Source: Selaginella moellendorffii
Taxonomy: Eukaryota > Plantae > Lycopodiophyta
Length of the DNA: 64,000 bases
NCBI RefSeq assembly: GCF_000143415.4
Contig: NW_003314271.1
Location: forward strand, 2,733,729-2,797,728
Reading direction: 5' to 3'
Numbering within the stretch: position 1 is the first letter of the stretch; each line of letters starts with the position of its first letter. A program made the translations under genes and the position numbers. This document shows positions 1-12,291 of the stretch, piece after piece. The notes under the pieces were generated by a model that saw nothing but the letters and a program-made list of their open reading frames with translations, searched no databases and had not been told where the DNA came from.

Positions 1-1525
1 CGAAGAAAACCTACAATCCAGAGGTGGGAATCTCTCTCTAGGCAATCGGAGCTACTTTCTTATCTCTTCGTTTTGGTTTTTCTTCTTTGCAGAAGGACAA
101 AGCGTTTCTTCTTAGCATGGTGGAGCAAATCGAGCCTCTAGACGTGAGTAGCATTAGCAAAGACGCGTCGGCTGATAGCATGGATGCGATGAAGAGGACC
201 ATCTCTGGAATGCTTGGGCTACTACCGTCGGACCAGTTCAAAGTCACGATTGAAGCTTACAGAGAACCACTCGCAAAGCTCCTTGTGTCTTCGATGATGA
301 CTGGGTAAGGCTTGGCTGTTTTTCTTCTTTGAAGATTCTCTCAGAGTCGTGTGTGATTCTCTTAACTCCTTTTCTTTTGTCTATTTTTTTCGCTCCATAG
401 GTACACCCTCAGGAATGCCGAGTACAGGCTCTGCTTGCAAAGAAGTCTACAGCTCTCCGAGGAAGACCTTGCGAGCACGTCAGTTGCAAGTGACGTGAAA
501 GAAAAAAAGTCACAAGACTTGGAGGACAGCCGTGCCTGTGATGCTTCGGACGAGACCGTTGGAGAGGGGAGTTGCAGTGACTCTTCGGTCTCGGAAGAAG
601 TGGAGGCTTTGAACCTGCCTGGGAATCTGGGTTCCCTATCACGAGAAGCGCAGGATTACGTTAGCCATATACAGGCAAAAATGCTAGCGATGGAGAAGGT
701 AATACTTCGTTTGGTTCTTCTTTTATGTAACTCTAATCTTGCAAATTCAGGAGCTCGAGGATTGCAAACGAGCTAAAACTGCACTGGAGATGGAGAAGCT
801 TGTCGGGGATGAAAAGAACGACCTCCTTGACTACTTGAGATCTCTGGAACCAGACAAGGTCTGTGTTCCAAAAAGACCACATTGTCCCTTACGTTGATTG
901 ACTGTTGTTTTCTTTCATCTTTCAGGTTGCCGAGCTCTCGCACCCGGCCTCTAAAGATGTGGAAGAGGTGATCCAGAAAGTAATCGACGGGCTGCTCAAT
1001 GGCCTGTGCAAGTCGAGACAATCAAAGCCACCGCCGCAGCTCAACGGTGGCGGATCCCCGCCGTCGAGTTCCATTTCAAGCCCGTGGAACAAGAGCAGCA
1101 GCTCGGCCGAGATGTTTGCGAACAACTTACCCCTGAAGTTCCAGTCGACGGCAACAGCAACCCGCGACTACCTCGCCCGACTCCTCTTCTGGTGCGTATC
1201 TCGTGCTTATTAACGTGTGATTTTGCAAGGAGTTTTGTCGAGGCCACCGTGCAGCGTTTGATACGAAACTGTGAATACCCAAGGTAAGGAAGGCATTCCT
1301 TTCAAAGCGAAATGGTGCTGTGTGGTGGCTACTCGGCTCCTGACACTTTCTAACATTGTCTAGTCTAGAGTTTTTTTTCTTACAGTTCTTTGCTTCCATG
1401 GATTCTAACGAGCATAATCGTGTGCTTGCAGGTGTATGCTCATGGGGCATCACATTCGCGGGCTGGAGTACCGGATGGAACTGAGCCACGCGCTCAGTTT
1501 GACAGGAGCTAGCGTGGAGGATTGA
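1..1525 (+). CDS. DUF760 family protein (UV-B-induced At3g17800-like), 5'-truncated by the window; exons ~1-23, 93-304, 401-698, 751-858, 926-1191, 1432-1525
   Basis: GT-AG introns join motifs AMKRTISGMLGLLPSDQF, LLVSSMMTG|YTLRNAEYRLCL, LLDYLRSLEPDK|VAELS and RDYLARLLFW|CMLMGHHIRGLEYRMEL; TGA at 1523-1525. Confidence 0.85.
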
Positions 1526-1881
1526 AAAAAGGAGATCAATCAGTCTGGCAAACCAGCGAAAACAAATCAAAGCGAAGATCAAAGTGAAAGAACTCACGCA
1601 AGAGCTCGAGGAAGAACAAGGCTGTAAATTTAAGCGAAGGTGCTTGTTGTAGATTACAAACAAAAAATAATTTTTGCGTTCCTTCACGTTTGTAAGTCTT
1701 TCGAGCACGGAGATAAAGAACGTACTATCTTGAGCGGTCATTGTTTTCGTTTCTTCCTTTTGAGCCTTTTGGTTGGCTAGTTGTTGGACCAGCAGCCTTA
1801 TCCACGAATTTGTACATACGAGTACGAGTGACGTTTTCCTCGCGTATATATGTATAGAAAACGCAGTCGCTTTTGATCCAC

Positions 1882-3544
1882 TTACGCTTCACTGCACGGC
1901 CAATGGATCAAAGCTTGGAAACTTGGAAAACTCCATAGCCAAAACCTTACCTTTCTAGAAGGGGTTTCTGGCTTTCACGCTCCCGCTCGCGTTCACTCAC
2001 AGCCTTCCCCCAAGTTACGAGAAGTAATCCAGCAACAATGAGTAATCCTCCAAGAACACTGGAAGAAAGTTTCTGCTGTTAGCTATCGATATACAAGTAA
2101 GAAGTGAGCTTCTTACCTGCCCAGGAACAAGGGACTTCGTAAGAAAACGCAAGCCAGCGTAGAGGAGGCAAGTGGCTGCAAAGGTATGTAAAGCGCGACG
2201 AGCGACGGGCCAACAACACCGTTGGACCAAGTTAAAAGCACATAGTTGATTGCCGACGCAAAAACTCCCTGGAGTGAAAAACCGAGAAACAATGGAGAAC
2301 TTATGGAAAGGAAGCTCGAGCTAAGTTACCGCGTACAAAACTGCGTAGCCTTCCACTTGGTTGAAAAGCCATTGTGTCGTATCGCCCACTGCCAGCACTC
2401 CAGTAAATGCCATGAGAAGCGTTCCAAAGAGATACGAGTAGGCAGTGACTGTCAATCCGAAAGGATACTTCGCCAAGACGGGCGCCTGGTAAAACAAAGT
2501 TCCATCCAAGTTAATGCCGAAACGAATTACCAGAAACGAATAGCAAAAGCTTACCTGATAAGCAATGTACAAAGCCATGAGGAAGCAATTACCAAGGAGG
2601 CAAAGAATTCCCAGCTGCCAGTTCTCGGCACCGGTTGCGCTTGAAATTCTCTGCAACAACGAAACTCCGACAATAGTTCCACCATGATGTAAATGCTCGG
2701 TACGCCCGAAGAGGAGCGGACCTTTGTACAAGGCCATGAGCAGCGCTCCACAAACGCTGAGAAAGACTCCTCCCACTTTCGCTAAAGTATCATATCCAGT
2801 CCAATTCAAAGTTTCCGTTCTGGAGAAAACATCGCGTTTGCGTCACTACAACCAGAAAATCCAAAAGAGAAATGGTCTACTCAAAGAGATTGTCTTCGAG
2901 TGGAAGAGAAAACCCTGTCGAAGAACTCAAAGCAGAGAAAGTTCTGTCGAAGAACTCAAAGCAGAGAAAACTCTGTGACATTGGCTTCACTTCTCAAAGG
3001 AAAAACCTTGATTTGTCAAAAGCACCGAGAGAAGAGAGATTTCCTTACCCGTTGGCCAAGGCGAGCACAAACGTAAACACTGGAATTGCCGGCTGGACTG
3101 CGGCGGCATACGAGGGAGAGGTGAGATTAAGTCCAAGCAAGAACAGTAGCTGGTTCCCAAAGATCCTGCTCCAACAACCAAACGCCCCTTGTAAAGCTCT
3201 GGATCGAAGATTTCGGGATTCTTACGCTCACCCGGACAGTCCCAGGACAAAGAAATGGAATAAAAGCCGAGAGTTTACGCGAGTCCTGCTCCTCCTGTAG
3301 AAGAAAGAGCGCATTTCAATCGATTTGAAGAACACGGCAGAAGAAATCGCGAAGACATCACTCACCGCTCGTAGAAGAATGCGAGGGGCGCAAGAATGGC
3401 GAGCGCGATGAGGTCGCGAAACACGCAAAACACGACCTGATTGGCGCCAGTGGTGAGCGCAAATTTGGTGAGGACGTGATAGACGCCATAGTCGAGCTGG
3501 ACGATCGCGAGGCAGAGGTGCGCAATCCACAGCCTCCTCTCCAT
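1882..3544 (-). CDS. WAT1-related / UMAMIT (nodulin MtN21, EamA-like) transporter, multi-exon
   Basis: [24 protein letters not shown]...[68 protein letters not shown]...KPLLE; canonical introns; last micro-exon inferred. Confidence 0.88.
2915..2969. repeat. Short tandem duplication (26-bp core, period 29) in a WAT1 intron
   Basis: CTGTCGAAGAACTCAAAGCAGAGAAA at 2915-2940 and 2944-2969. Confidence 0.9.
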
Positions 3545-3734
3545 TCTCTTCCCCCTTCTGTTCCCTCTCTCCAAATTTTTTTGATAAGAACCCTAAACAA
3601 ACACGTGGCTTTAGCGCACCTTTTCCACTTGGACACGAATATCCTATGGTAAACTTTTGCCTTTAACGCATGTTTTCGACGTGCTGACCTAAACGAATGA
3701 TTCTTTTTCTCTTGGGGTAAATGCTCTTCGTTTG

Positions 3735-6700
3735 ATGCGCCTTGGAATCAGCAAGGGTTTGCTGAGAATCTCGCGCCTTTTCTTCCACTCTTGCGCAGGT
3801 AATCCTCAATCGAAGCGCGATCTCCACTCATGGAGCCGGAATCTCGTCCTCTGGACAAGCGCCATCGCTTCTTGCAACTGCAATGGCGATCCAGGCAAGG
3901 CGCTGGCGATATTTCGGCGAATGCTGCTCCATGGATTGCTGCCGGACAACGTCTCCTTCATCACAGCGCTCAAATCGTGTGTCCGGATCCAGAGTCTCGC
4001 CGCAGGGAAGTTCATCCATCTCCTGGTGATCGAATCGGGGCTCCTGACACAGATCTCCGTGGGGAATGCGCTGGTCAACATGTATGGGAAGTGCGGCAGC
4101 CTGGCTCTCGCGAGAGAGGTCTTCGATGGGATGGATCACAGGGATGTTATATCCTGGAACGCGGTCATCACGGCATATGCCCAGGCTGGTCATTGCAAAG
4201 AGGCCATGGAACTCTTCCAGGCGATGCAAGAAGATGGAAGAATCGAGCCAGACAGCGTCACCTTCGTGGCTGTTGTAAGCGCGTGCTGCGATCCGTCGGC
4301 GCTGGAAGCTGGGGACAAGATTTTTGCGCTGGTTGAGGAGAGAGGCCTGCTCGATTCGGACGTAGTTCTGGGCAACGCTCTCGTCAACATGTATAGCAAA
4401 TGTGGGAGCTTGAAGTCCGCCACCATGGTGTTCGAGAGAATGAAGATCCGAGACGTGGTTTCGTGGAACGCGATCATCTCAGCGCTTGCAAGGCACGATC
4501 GAAAGGATATCGCGATGCAGCGCTTTCGGGAAATGCAGCTAGAGGGGCTCTCTCCGGTTAAAGTCACGATGGTCACGGCGTTGAGCGCTTGCAGCAGCAT
4601 AGCAGCATGCAAGAGGCTAGGCTCTTGGATCGTGGAGCGTGGTTTTGCGGCAGACACCATTGTGGAGAATGCTCTCATCAACGCTTATGGCAAGTGTGGA
4701 GGCTTGAGAAACGCTCGAGAGCTCTTCGACAGCTTCAAGATGAGAGACGTGATTACCTGGAACACTATGATAGCAGCTTACGTGCAGCATGGGCAGCACT
4801 CGCAGGCTCTGCAGCTCTACCAGCAAATGGAGATGGATGACACAGTTCATAGCAACAAGTCTACTCTTGTGATAGCTCTTGGTGCGTGCCTGGCTCCAGA
4901 CGCTCTCGCGCAAGGTAAACTCATCCATTCTCGCTTGCGTGACTTTGGATACGACTTTGATGTCTTTGTTGCAAATGCGCTTGTCAACATGTACAGCAAG
5001 TGTGGGAGCCTTGACGATGCCAAGTCTGTTTTCAACGAGGCGGCTCAAACAGACGCTGTGAGTTGGAACGTCATGACGGCGGCTTACGTCCAGCACAGTC
5101 GCAACGAAGATGCCATTCAACTGTTTAGAAGCATGCTGCTGAAAAGCTCTTTGCCGGACAGGATAACCTTCGCTACTGTCCTCGGAGCGTGTGCCGGTCC
5201 TGCAGCTCTTGCACAGGGTAAGACGATTCATTCCTGTGCTTTTGAGAGTGGACTCGAGTCTGACGATATCGTGGGAAATGCTCTTTTGATCATGTACAGT
5301 AGGTGCCAAAGCGTTCACGACGCGGTCACGATCTTTGAGAAGATGGATCGACCAGCTATAGTCGTGTGGAATACGATGATTGAGACGTACATTCAACACA
5401 AAATGTTCAACGAAGCAAGGATGCTGTTCTTTCAGATGGATGAGCGGGACGTTGCGTCTTGGAACGGTGCAATTGGAGCATGCACTGAAGAACACTGTTA
5501 CGAGGAGGCATTTCAGCTCTTTCACGAAATGCAGCTGCAAGGCTTCGTTGCAAACAAGAGCACCTATCTTACACTACTTAGCTCCTGCGACAGCCAAAGT
5601 CCGAAGTGGCTCTCACGGACGAAACTGGTGCATCATCGAATCCATTCGAGCGGCTTTGAGTCGGAAGAAGCTGTTGGCAGTGCTCTTGTGAAGGCATACA
5701 GCAGGTGCGCCAGCATAGATGAAGCCAGGAGCGTTTTCGATTCTATATTACAGAAGGACGTAGTGCTGTGGACCACGATGATCTCGGTTTATGCTCAAGA
5801 CGGATACAGCGAAGCGGCTCTCGAGCTCTTCCAGCAAATGCAGAAAGAAGAAGCATTACTTCCGGACGGTTTCACGCTCGCCTCGGCCTTGGCGGCTTGC
5901 ACAGGTCCGGAAATGCTGGAAGAAGGCAGAGAGATCCATGCTCTGGTTATCGAGCGCGGCTGTGAGTCGGAACTTGTGGTCGGGAATGCTCTCGTGAGCA
6001 TGTATGCGAACTGCGGAACTCTACAAGATGCTCTGGAGTGCTTCCAGAAGATGGCTCAACGCAACGTCGTGTCCTGGAACGCGATGATCGCAGCCTACGT
6101 CCACCACAACTGCGACAAGGAGGCCTTCCGGATCTTCCATCAGATGCAGCTGGAAGGAGTGCAGCCGAACAGCGTGACTTTCGTCACCTTTCTTAGCGCC
6201 TGCTCGACTCCGGCAGCGTTTGAAGACGGTCTAGTACGTGCTCTGGAAGTCGAGAAGCGAGTGGAGTCCCTTGATGCTCTCATCGGGAACTCGCTTCTTC
6301 ATACCTATGCCAAGCTCGGAAGGCTGGACGAGGCACAGCGAGTGTTCCAGAGAATGGAGAAGCAGCGGGACGATGTGGAGACTTGGAACGCAGTGATCGA
6401 AGGCAGCGTCCGGAATGGCGAGTTTCGAAAGGCTCTGGAGCTGTTCGAGCGCATGCAGCTGCAAGGCACGGCTCCAAACAGCGCCACCTTCAGCACCATC
6501 CTCGCCACCTGCGCAACTCCACGGCTCCTGGACCGAGCCAAGCAGCTCCACAGCATCGTTCGAGAGTCAGGCCTGGAAGCGGACGCGTCAGTCGGAAACG
6601 CCGTCGTTCACATGTTCGCCAAGTGCTGGAGCCTCGACGACGCGCTCGCGGCCTTCCAGAGGATACCTCAGAAGAACTTAGGAAGCTGGAACGGACTCTT

Positions 6701-7541
6701 GGGAGCTTACATTCACGTCGGGCGCCTCGCAGAGGCTCGCAAGCTGTTCGAGGTGATGGAGGAGCGGGACGTGATCACCTGGAACATGATACTTGGAGCC
6801 TACGTCGAGCGAGAGATGGCCAAGGAAGCAGTGAGGCTCTTCCGCCGGATGATCGCCGAGGGGACGAAATCAAACAGCATCACTTGGACGACGATGCTGG
6901 GAGCTTGCGCTGGCGAGGCCTTGCTTGCCGAGGGACGAAGGATCCACGAGCTCATAGGGGAGAGAGGGGCCGACTCGGAGCTCTTCGTCGGGAACGCGCT
7001 GGTGGACATGTTTGGGAAGTGCGCGAGCTTGGGCGGTGCTCGGCAGGCATTCGAGAGGATCCGCGGCAAGGACGCCAGCAGCTGGAACGTCCTGGTGGCG
7101 GCACTGGCGCAAAACGGCGACGCCGAGGAAGCTCTCAAGCAGTTCTTGCAGATGCAGCGAGAAGGGATCAAGCCAACCGACGTGACTTTCATCGTCGTCT
7201 TCTGGGCTTGCAGCCACGCGGGCAGGCTGGAGCAGGCCAAGACCATCTTCGCGTCACTGCGGCACGACTACGGCATAGCTCCGCTGCCCAGCCACTACAG
7301 CGGCATGACGGATCTCCTGGGACGCGCTGGCTTCCTGGACGAGGCGGAGGAGGTGATCAAGAGGATCCCGTTCAGCCAGGACGAGCTCCCCTGGATGACG
7401 CTACTCTCCGCGTGTAAAGTCCACGGCGATGTGGAGCGTGGGAGAAAGGTGGCTGGCCAAGTCTTGCGGTGGAATCCGGGTGATTCGGCAGCGAGGGTGG
7501 CGCTTTCCAATATATTCGCAGGAGCCGACGCAGTTCCATAA
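3735..7541 (+). CDS. PLS-class pentatricopeptide repeat protein, ~1268 aa, ending in an E domain with no DYW
   Basis: Intronless ORF with repeated GNALVNMYSKCG / DVVSWNAMI / PDSVTFV motifs; C-terminal HYSGMTDLLGRAG...WMTLLSACKVHGD...ALSNIF. Confidence 0.93.
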   Translation: MRLGISKGLLRISRLFFHSCAGNPQSKRDLHSWSRNLVLWTSAIASCNCNGDPGKALAIFRRMLLHGLLPDNVSFITALKSCVRIQSLAAGKFIHLLVIESGLLTQISVGNALVNMYGKCGSLALAREVFDGMDHRDVISWNAVITAYAQAGHCKEAMELFQAMQEDGRIEPDSVTFVAVVSACCDPSALEAGDKIFALVEERGLLDSDVVLGNALVNMYSKCGSLKSATMVFERMKIRDVVSWNAIISALARHDRKDIAMQRFREMQLEGLSPVKVTMVTALSACSSIAACKRLGSWIVERGFAADTIVENALINAYGKCGGLRNARELFDSFKMRDVITWNTMIAAYVQHGQHSQALQLYQQMEMDDTVHSNKSTLVIALGACLAPDALAQGKLIHSRLRDFGYDFDVFVANALVNMYSKCGSLDDAKSVFNEAAQTDAVSWNVMTAAYVQHSRNEDAIQLFRSMLLKSSLPDRITFATVLGACAGPAALAQGKTIHSCAFESGLESDDIVGNALLIMYSRCQSVHDAVTIFEKMDRPAIVVWNTMIETYIQHKMFNEARMLFFQMDERDVASWNGAIGACTEEHCYEEAFQLFHEMQLQGFVANKSTYLTLLSSCDSQSPKWLSRTKLVHHRIHSSGFESEEAVGSALVKAYSRCASIDEARSVFDSILQKDVVLWTTMISVYAQDGYSEAALELFQQMQKEEALLPDGFTLASALAACTGPEMLEEGREIHALVIERGCESELVVGNALVSMYANCGTLQDALECFQKMAQRNVVSWNAMIAAYVHHNCDKEAFRIFHQMQLEGVQPNSVTFVTFLSACSTPAAFEDGLVRALEVEKRVESLDALIGNSLLHTYAKLGRLDEAQRVFQRMEKQRDDVETWNAVIEGSVRNGEFRKALELFERMQLQGTAPNSATFSTILATCATPRLLDRAKQLHSIVRESGLEADASVGNAVVHMFAKCWSLDDALAAFQRIPQKNLGSWNGLLGAYIHVGRLAEARKLFEVMEERDVITWNMILGAYVEREMAKEAVRLFRRMIAEGTKSNSITWTTMLGACAGEALLAEGRRIHELIGERGADSELFVGNALVDMFGKCASLGGARQAFERIRGKDASSWNVLVAALAQNGDAEEALKQFLQMQREGIKPTDVTFIVVFWACSHAGRLEQAKTIFASLRHDYGIAPLPSHYSGMTDLLGRAGFLDEAEEVIKRIPFSQDELPWMTLLSACKVHGDVERGRKVAGQVLRWNPGDSAARVALSNIFAGADAVP

Positions 7542-7649
7542 CTTGGCCTTGGTGATCGTCGAGTTTCATGTTGGACGTGAAGAGCTGGACGAGATCGATG
7601 GCGGCTGGGCTTGCTCTAGATCACAAGCTCCAGGTCTTCAACAAGCTGA

Positions 7650-10148
7650 TCACCAGTAGTCTCCACAGGAGCAAGTGCCATTCTCAAAGCGGTGGAACCG
7701 GTACGCATCTCTCACCACGATCCTCCTTCCCACACTCCTAGAAATGATCTTGGCCACTGCATGGCAGTCGGAGCACACCCGGAGGTTCTTCACGACGTGA
7801 ATGGGAAGCCCGGCCGGAACTCGCAGCAGTCCAAACGCGATAGCCACTCGTTCGCTGTGGAGAGCCAGCAGATCCTCCTTGTCATCCTCCTGAACACAGT
7901 GTCCGATCTGTCCAGTATCCGGAACGTAGCCGGCCTCCTTCACCACCGCTTGCAACCGCCGTAGCTCCACCTCGATCTCGGCAGCCTCCGAATGCCACGA
8001 GAAGTTCCCAGCAAAGAACTGATGGACCCTGTTCTTCACCTCCACGCAGCTCCAGCCCCTCGGCTTCTTCACGCCCAGCTTCGCCATTCTCTCTCGGACT
8101 TCCGCCACCTCGTCCCACTTCTCCGCGGCGGCGTAAGCGTGAGACATGAGCACGTAGGGAGCGGCATCAAGCGGTATCAGACCCGACGCGAGACGCGCCA
8201 CCCGAGCTCCCCGGGGAGTATCTCCGCTCACCCGGCACGCAGCTAACAGCGTCTTCATCTCCATGTGAGCCGGCTCGAAAGGCATGCTGTGGAGCAACTC
8301 CTCGGCCTCGGCAACTCGTCCACAGCGGGCCAGGAGATCCACCATGCAGCTGTAGTGAGCAGCGCCACCTCTCACTCCAAAGTCGGCCACCATTCCCTGG
8401 AAGCAGCTCAGTCCAGCCTCGAGGACCCCGGCGTGGCTGCAAGCGTGGAGCACGCTGAGGAAGACGATGTCATCGGCCTGGACGCCCTCGAGATGCATTC
8501 TCCACGAGAGATCGATCGCGTGGACGTCGCCGTGCTGAGCAAAGGCCGCTATGAGAGCCGTCCAGGCCACCAAGTTCCAGTGGTTCATCTTCTCAAAGAC
8601 TCTCAGCGCGTCCTCGAGCTGGCCGTATCGTCCATACATGTTGACAAGAGCAGTCGCGAGCACCATCTTCTTCTCCAGTCCCTTGGCCTCGAGGCGCCTG
8701 TGGAGAGCTCGTCCCTCGGCGAGAGCGTCGCCGGCTATGGAGCACGCGTCCAGGAGGCTCGTGAAAGTGTACTCGTCCGGCTTCAGTCCCTCGAGATCCA
8801 TCTTCTTGTACAGCGAGAGTGCCTGCCTGCCGTCTCCATTCAAGCTGTAAGCCGCGATCATCGTGCTCCAGGTGATCAAGTTCCGGCAGTCACCGCAGTG
8901 CTCAAACACTCTCCTCGCTTCGTCCAGGCCACCGCACTTCCCATACATGTGGAGCAGCGAGTTCCTCACGATCGAGGAGTCGAGACCGGCGTCGAGAATG
9001 AGCTCATGGAGTTTCTTCCCGGCAGCGAGCGAGTTTAAGTTGGAGCAGGCCTCGAGGGCTGCGACGAGAGTGACCTCGTCGGGAGTATGCCCCTCCAAGT
9101 CCATCACCCGGAACAGTCTCAGAGCCTGTTCGTCCAGTCCTTGCTGCGAGCACACCGTGATCATTGCGTTCCAGACCACCAGATCTCTGCGCTCCATCTT
9201 CTCAAAAACTCTTGACGCCAGCTCCGGCCTCCCGCACTTCCCATACATGTCGATCAGCGCGGTCCCGACGCTCAAGTAGCTCCTGCCAAACTCGGAGCTC
9301 TCCACGAGCTCGTGGATGGCCGTGCCATGCTTGACATCTCGGGCGGCGGCACAGGCACCGAGTATACTCACGAAAGTCACTTCGTTCGGCCTCACCCCCT
9401 CTGCCACCATCTTCCGGAAGAAATCCAGTGCGAGGTCCTCACGGCCGTGGAGAGCAAAACCGGAGATCATTGCCGTCCACGAGACAACGCTCTGGTCGCC
9501 AGCCATGTCCTGGAAGAACTTCCTCGCGTCGTCGAGGCTCCCGGCCTTGCAGTACATGTTGAGCAGCGAGTTCCGGACCACGGGATGGAGGTGGAATCCC
9601 ATGGAAGTGATTCGAGCTTCGAGAGCTCTTCCATGATCCAGGGAGCCCAGGCTCGAGCAAGCGCTGACGAGATTGATGAGCACCACCATGTCGAGCCTGA
9701 CGCCTTGATGATCCATCCAGTGGTAGAGCTCGAGAGCTCTCCTGGCGAGGCCGTTGTCGACGCAGGCACCGATGATGATGCTCCAGGAGAAAACATTTGG
9801 AGACTCTATCTTCTCGAAGACGGCCCTGGCATCTTCCATGGCGCCGCATTTGCCATACATTTGGATGAGATGGTTGCCCAGGAAGAGATCCTTGCCCAGG
9901 CCGGTGTCGACGATCTCGGCGTGGATTCTCCGGCCGTCGGGCAGTGATCTGGAGCGGCCGCATTGCTGGAGCAGCGATGCGAATGCCGCGACGCGCGACG
10001 GCGGGAATGTCGACGAATTTCTTGCTGCCGGAGCTCCTGAGTCGCTACTTACAGCCTCAGGAGGAGGAAGAAGCACCAGATTGCGGCATTGTCCGTCACA
10101 CAATGGGGAGCTCCCGAATCGCCGCTGGCGACGGGCATTGAAAATCAT
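7650..10148 (-). CDS. PLS-class PPR protein with E/E+ and DYW cytidine deaminase domain (organellar C-to-U editing factor), 832 aa
   Basis: PLS repeats, PG-box-like KKPRGWS, HSERVAIAFGL, KNLRVCSDCH, terminal CSCGDYW. Confidence 0.95.
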   Translation of the reverse strand: MIFNARRQRRFGSSPLCDGQCRNLVLLPPPEAVSSDSGAPAARNSSTFPPSRVAAFASLLQQCGRSRSLPDGRRIHAEIVDTGLGKDLFLGNHLIQMYGKCGAMEDARAVFEKIESPNVFSWSIIIGACVDNGLARRALELYHWMDHQGVRLDMVVLINLVSACSSLGSLDHGRALEARITSMGFHLHPVVRNSLLNMYCKAGSLDDARKFFQDMAGDQSVVSWTAMISGFALHGREDLALDFFRKMVAEGVRPNEVTFVSILGACAAARDVKHGTAIHELVESSEFGRSYLSVGTALIDMYGKCGRPELASRVFEKMERRDLVVWNAMITVCSQQGLDEQALRLFRVMDLEGHTPDEVTLVAALEACSNLNSLAAGKKLHELILDAGLDSSIVRNSLLHMYGKCGGLDEARRVFEHCGDCRNLITWSTMIAAYSLNGDGRQALSLYKKMDLEGLKPDEYTFTSLLDACSIAGDALAEGRALHRRLEAKGLEKKMVLATALVNMYGRYGQLEDALRVFEKMNHWNLVAWTALIAAFAQHGDVHAIDLSWRMHLEGVQADDIVFLSVLHACSHAGVLEAGLSCFQGMVADFGVRGGAAHYSCMVDLLARCGRVAEAEELLHSMPFEPAHMEMKTLLAACRVSGDTPRGARVARLASGLIPLDAAPYVLMSHAYAAAEKWDEVAEVRERMAKLGVKKPRGWSCVEVKNRVHQFFAGNFSWHSEAAEIEVELRRLQAVVKEAGYVPDTGQIGHCVQEDDKEDLLALHSERVAIAFGLLRVPAGLPIHVVKNLRVCSDCHAVAKIISRSVGRRIVVRDAYRFHRFENGTCSCGDYW

Positions 10149-10185
10149 AAGCCCTAAGGTAAGGGGAATACATATAATTTACACA

Positions 10186-12015
<1,830 letters not shown>

Positions 12016-12291
12016 TTTCTCTACACAAAGGAGATCAAGAACCTCACGGGGAATGCGAGCATTATATATCCCTGTTACCGCGCTCGTACGGCAGGAGAAC
12101 AGTGCGTACGACATGGAACTTGGGAACTAGGCGTCCAGCCGCCAAACCATGTCAACTAAAGAAAAAAAAAAACTTCTAGAAAGAACCTGAAATAATTAAT
12201 TACAAGCCCGCTACAGCTTAAACTCCAAATCGATTAAATTACTCTATACAAAAAGCCTGTACACAAATGGAAAGTCAGTGCTAATCTCAAA

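Noticed and set aside
1985-2020. Apparent frameshift near the WAT1 C-terminus
   Set aside because: Recounting the C-run (5 C) shows the frame is intact: [10 protein letters not shown]...KPLLE
6383-7417. 344-aa alternative-frame ORF and the many antisense ORFs over the PPR genes
   Set aside because: Shadow ORFs of GC-rich coding sequence with low-complexity R/G/A composition
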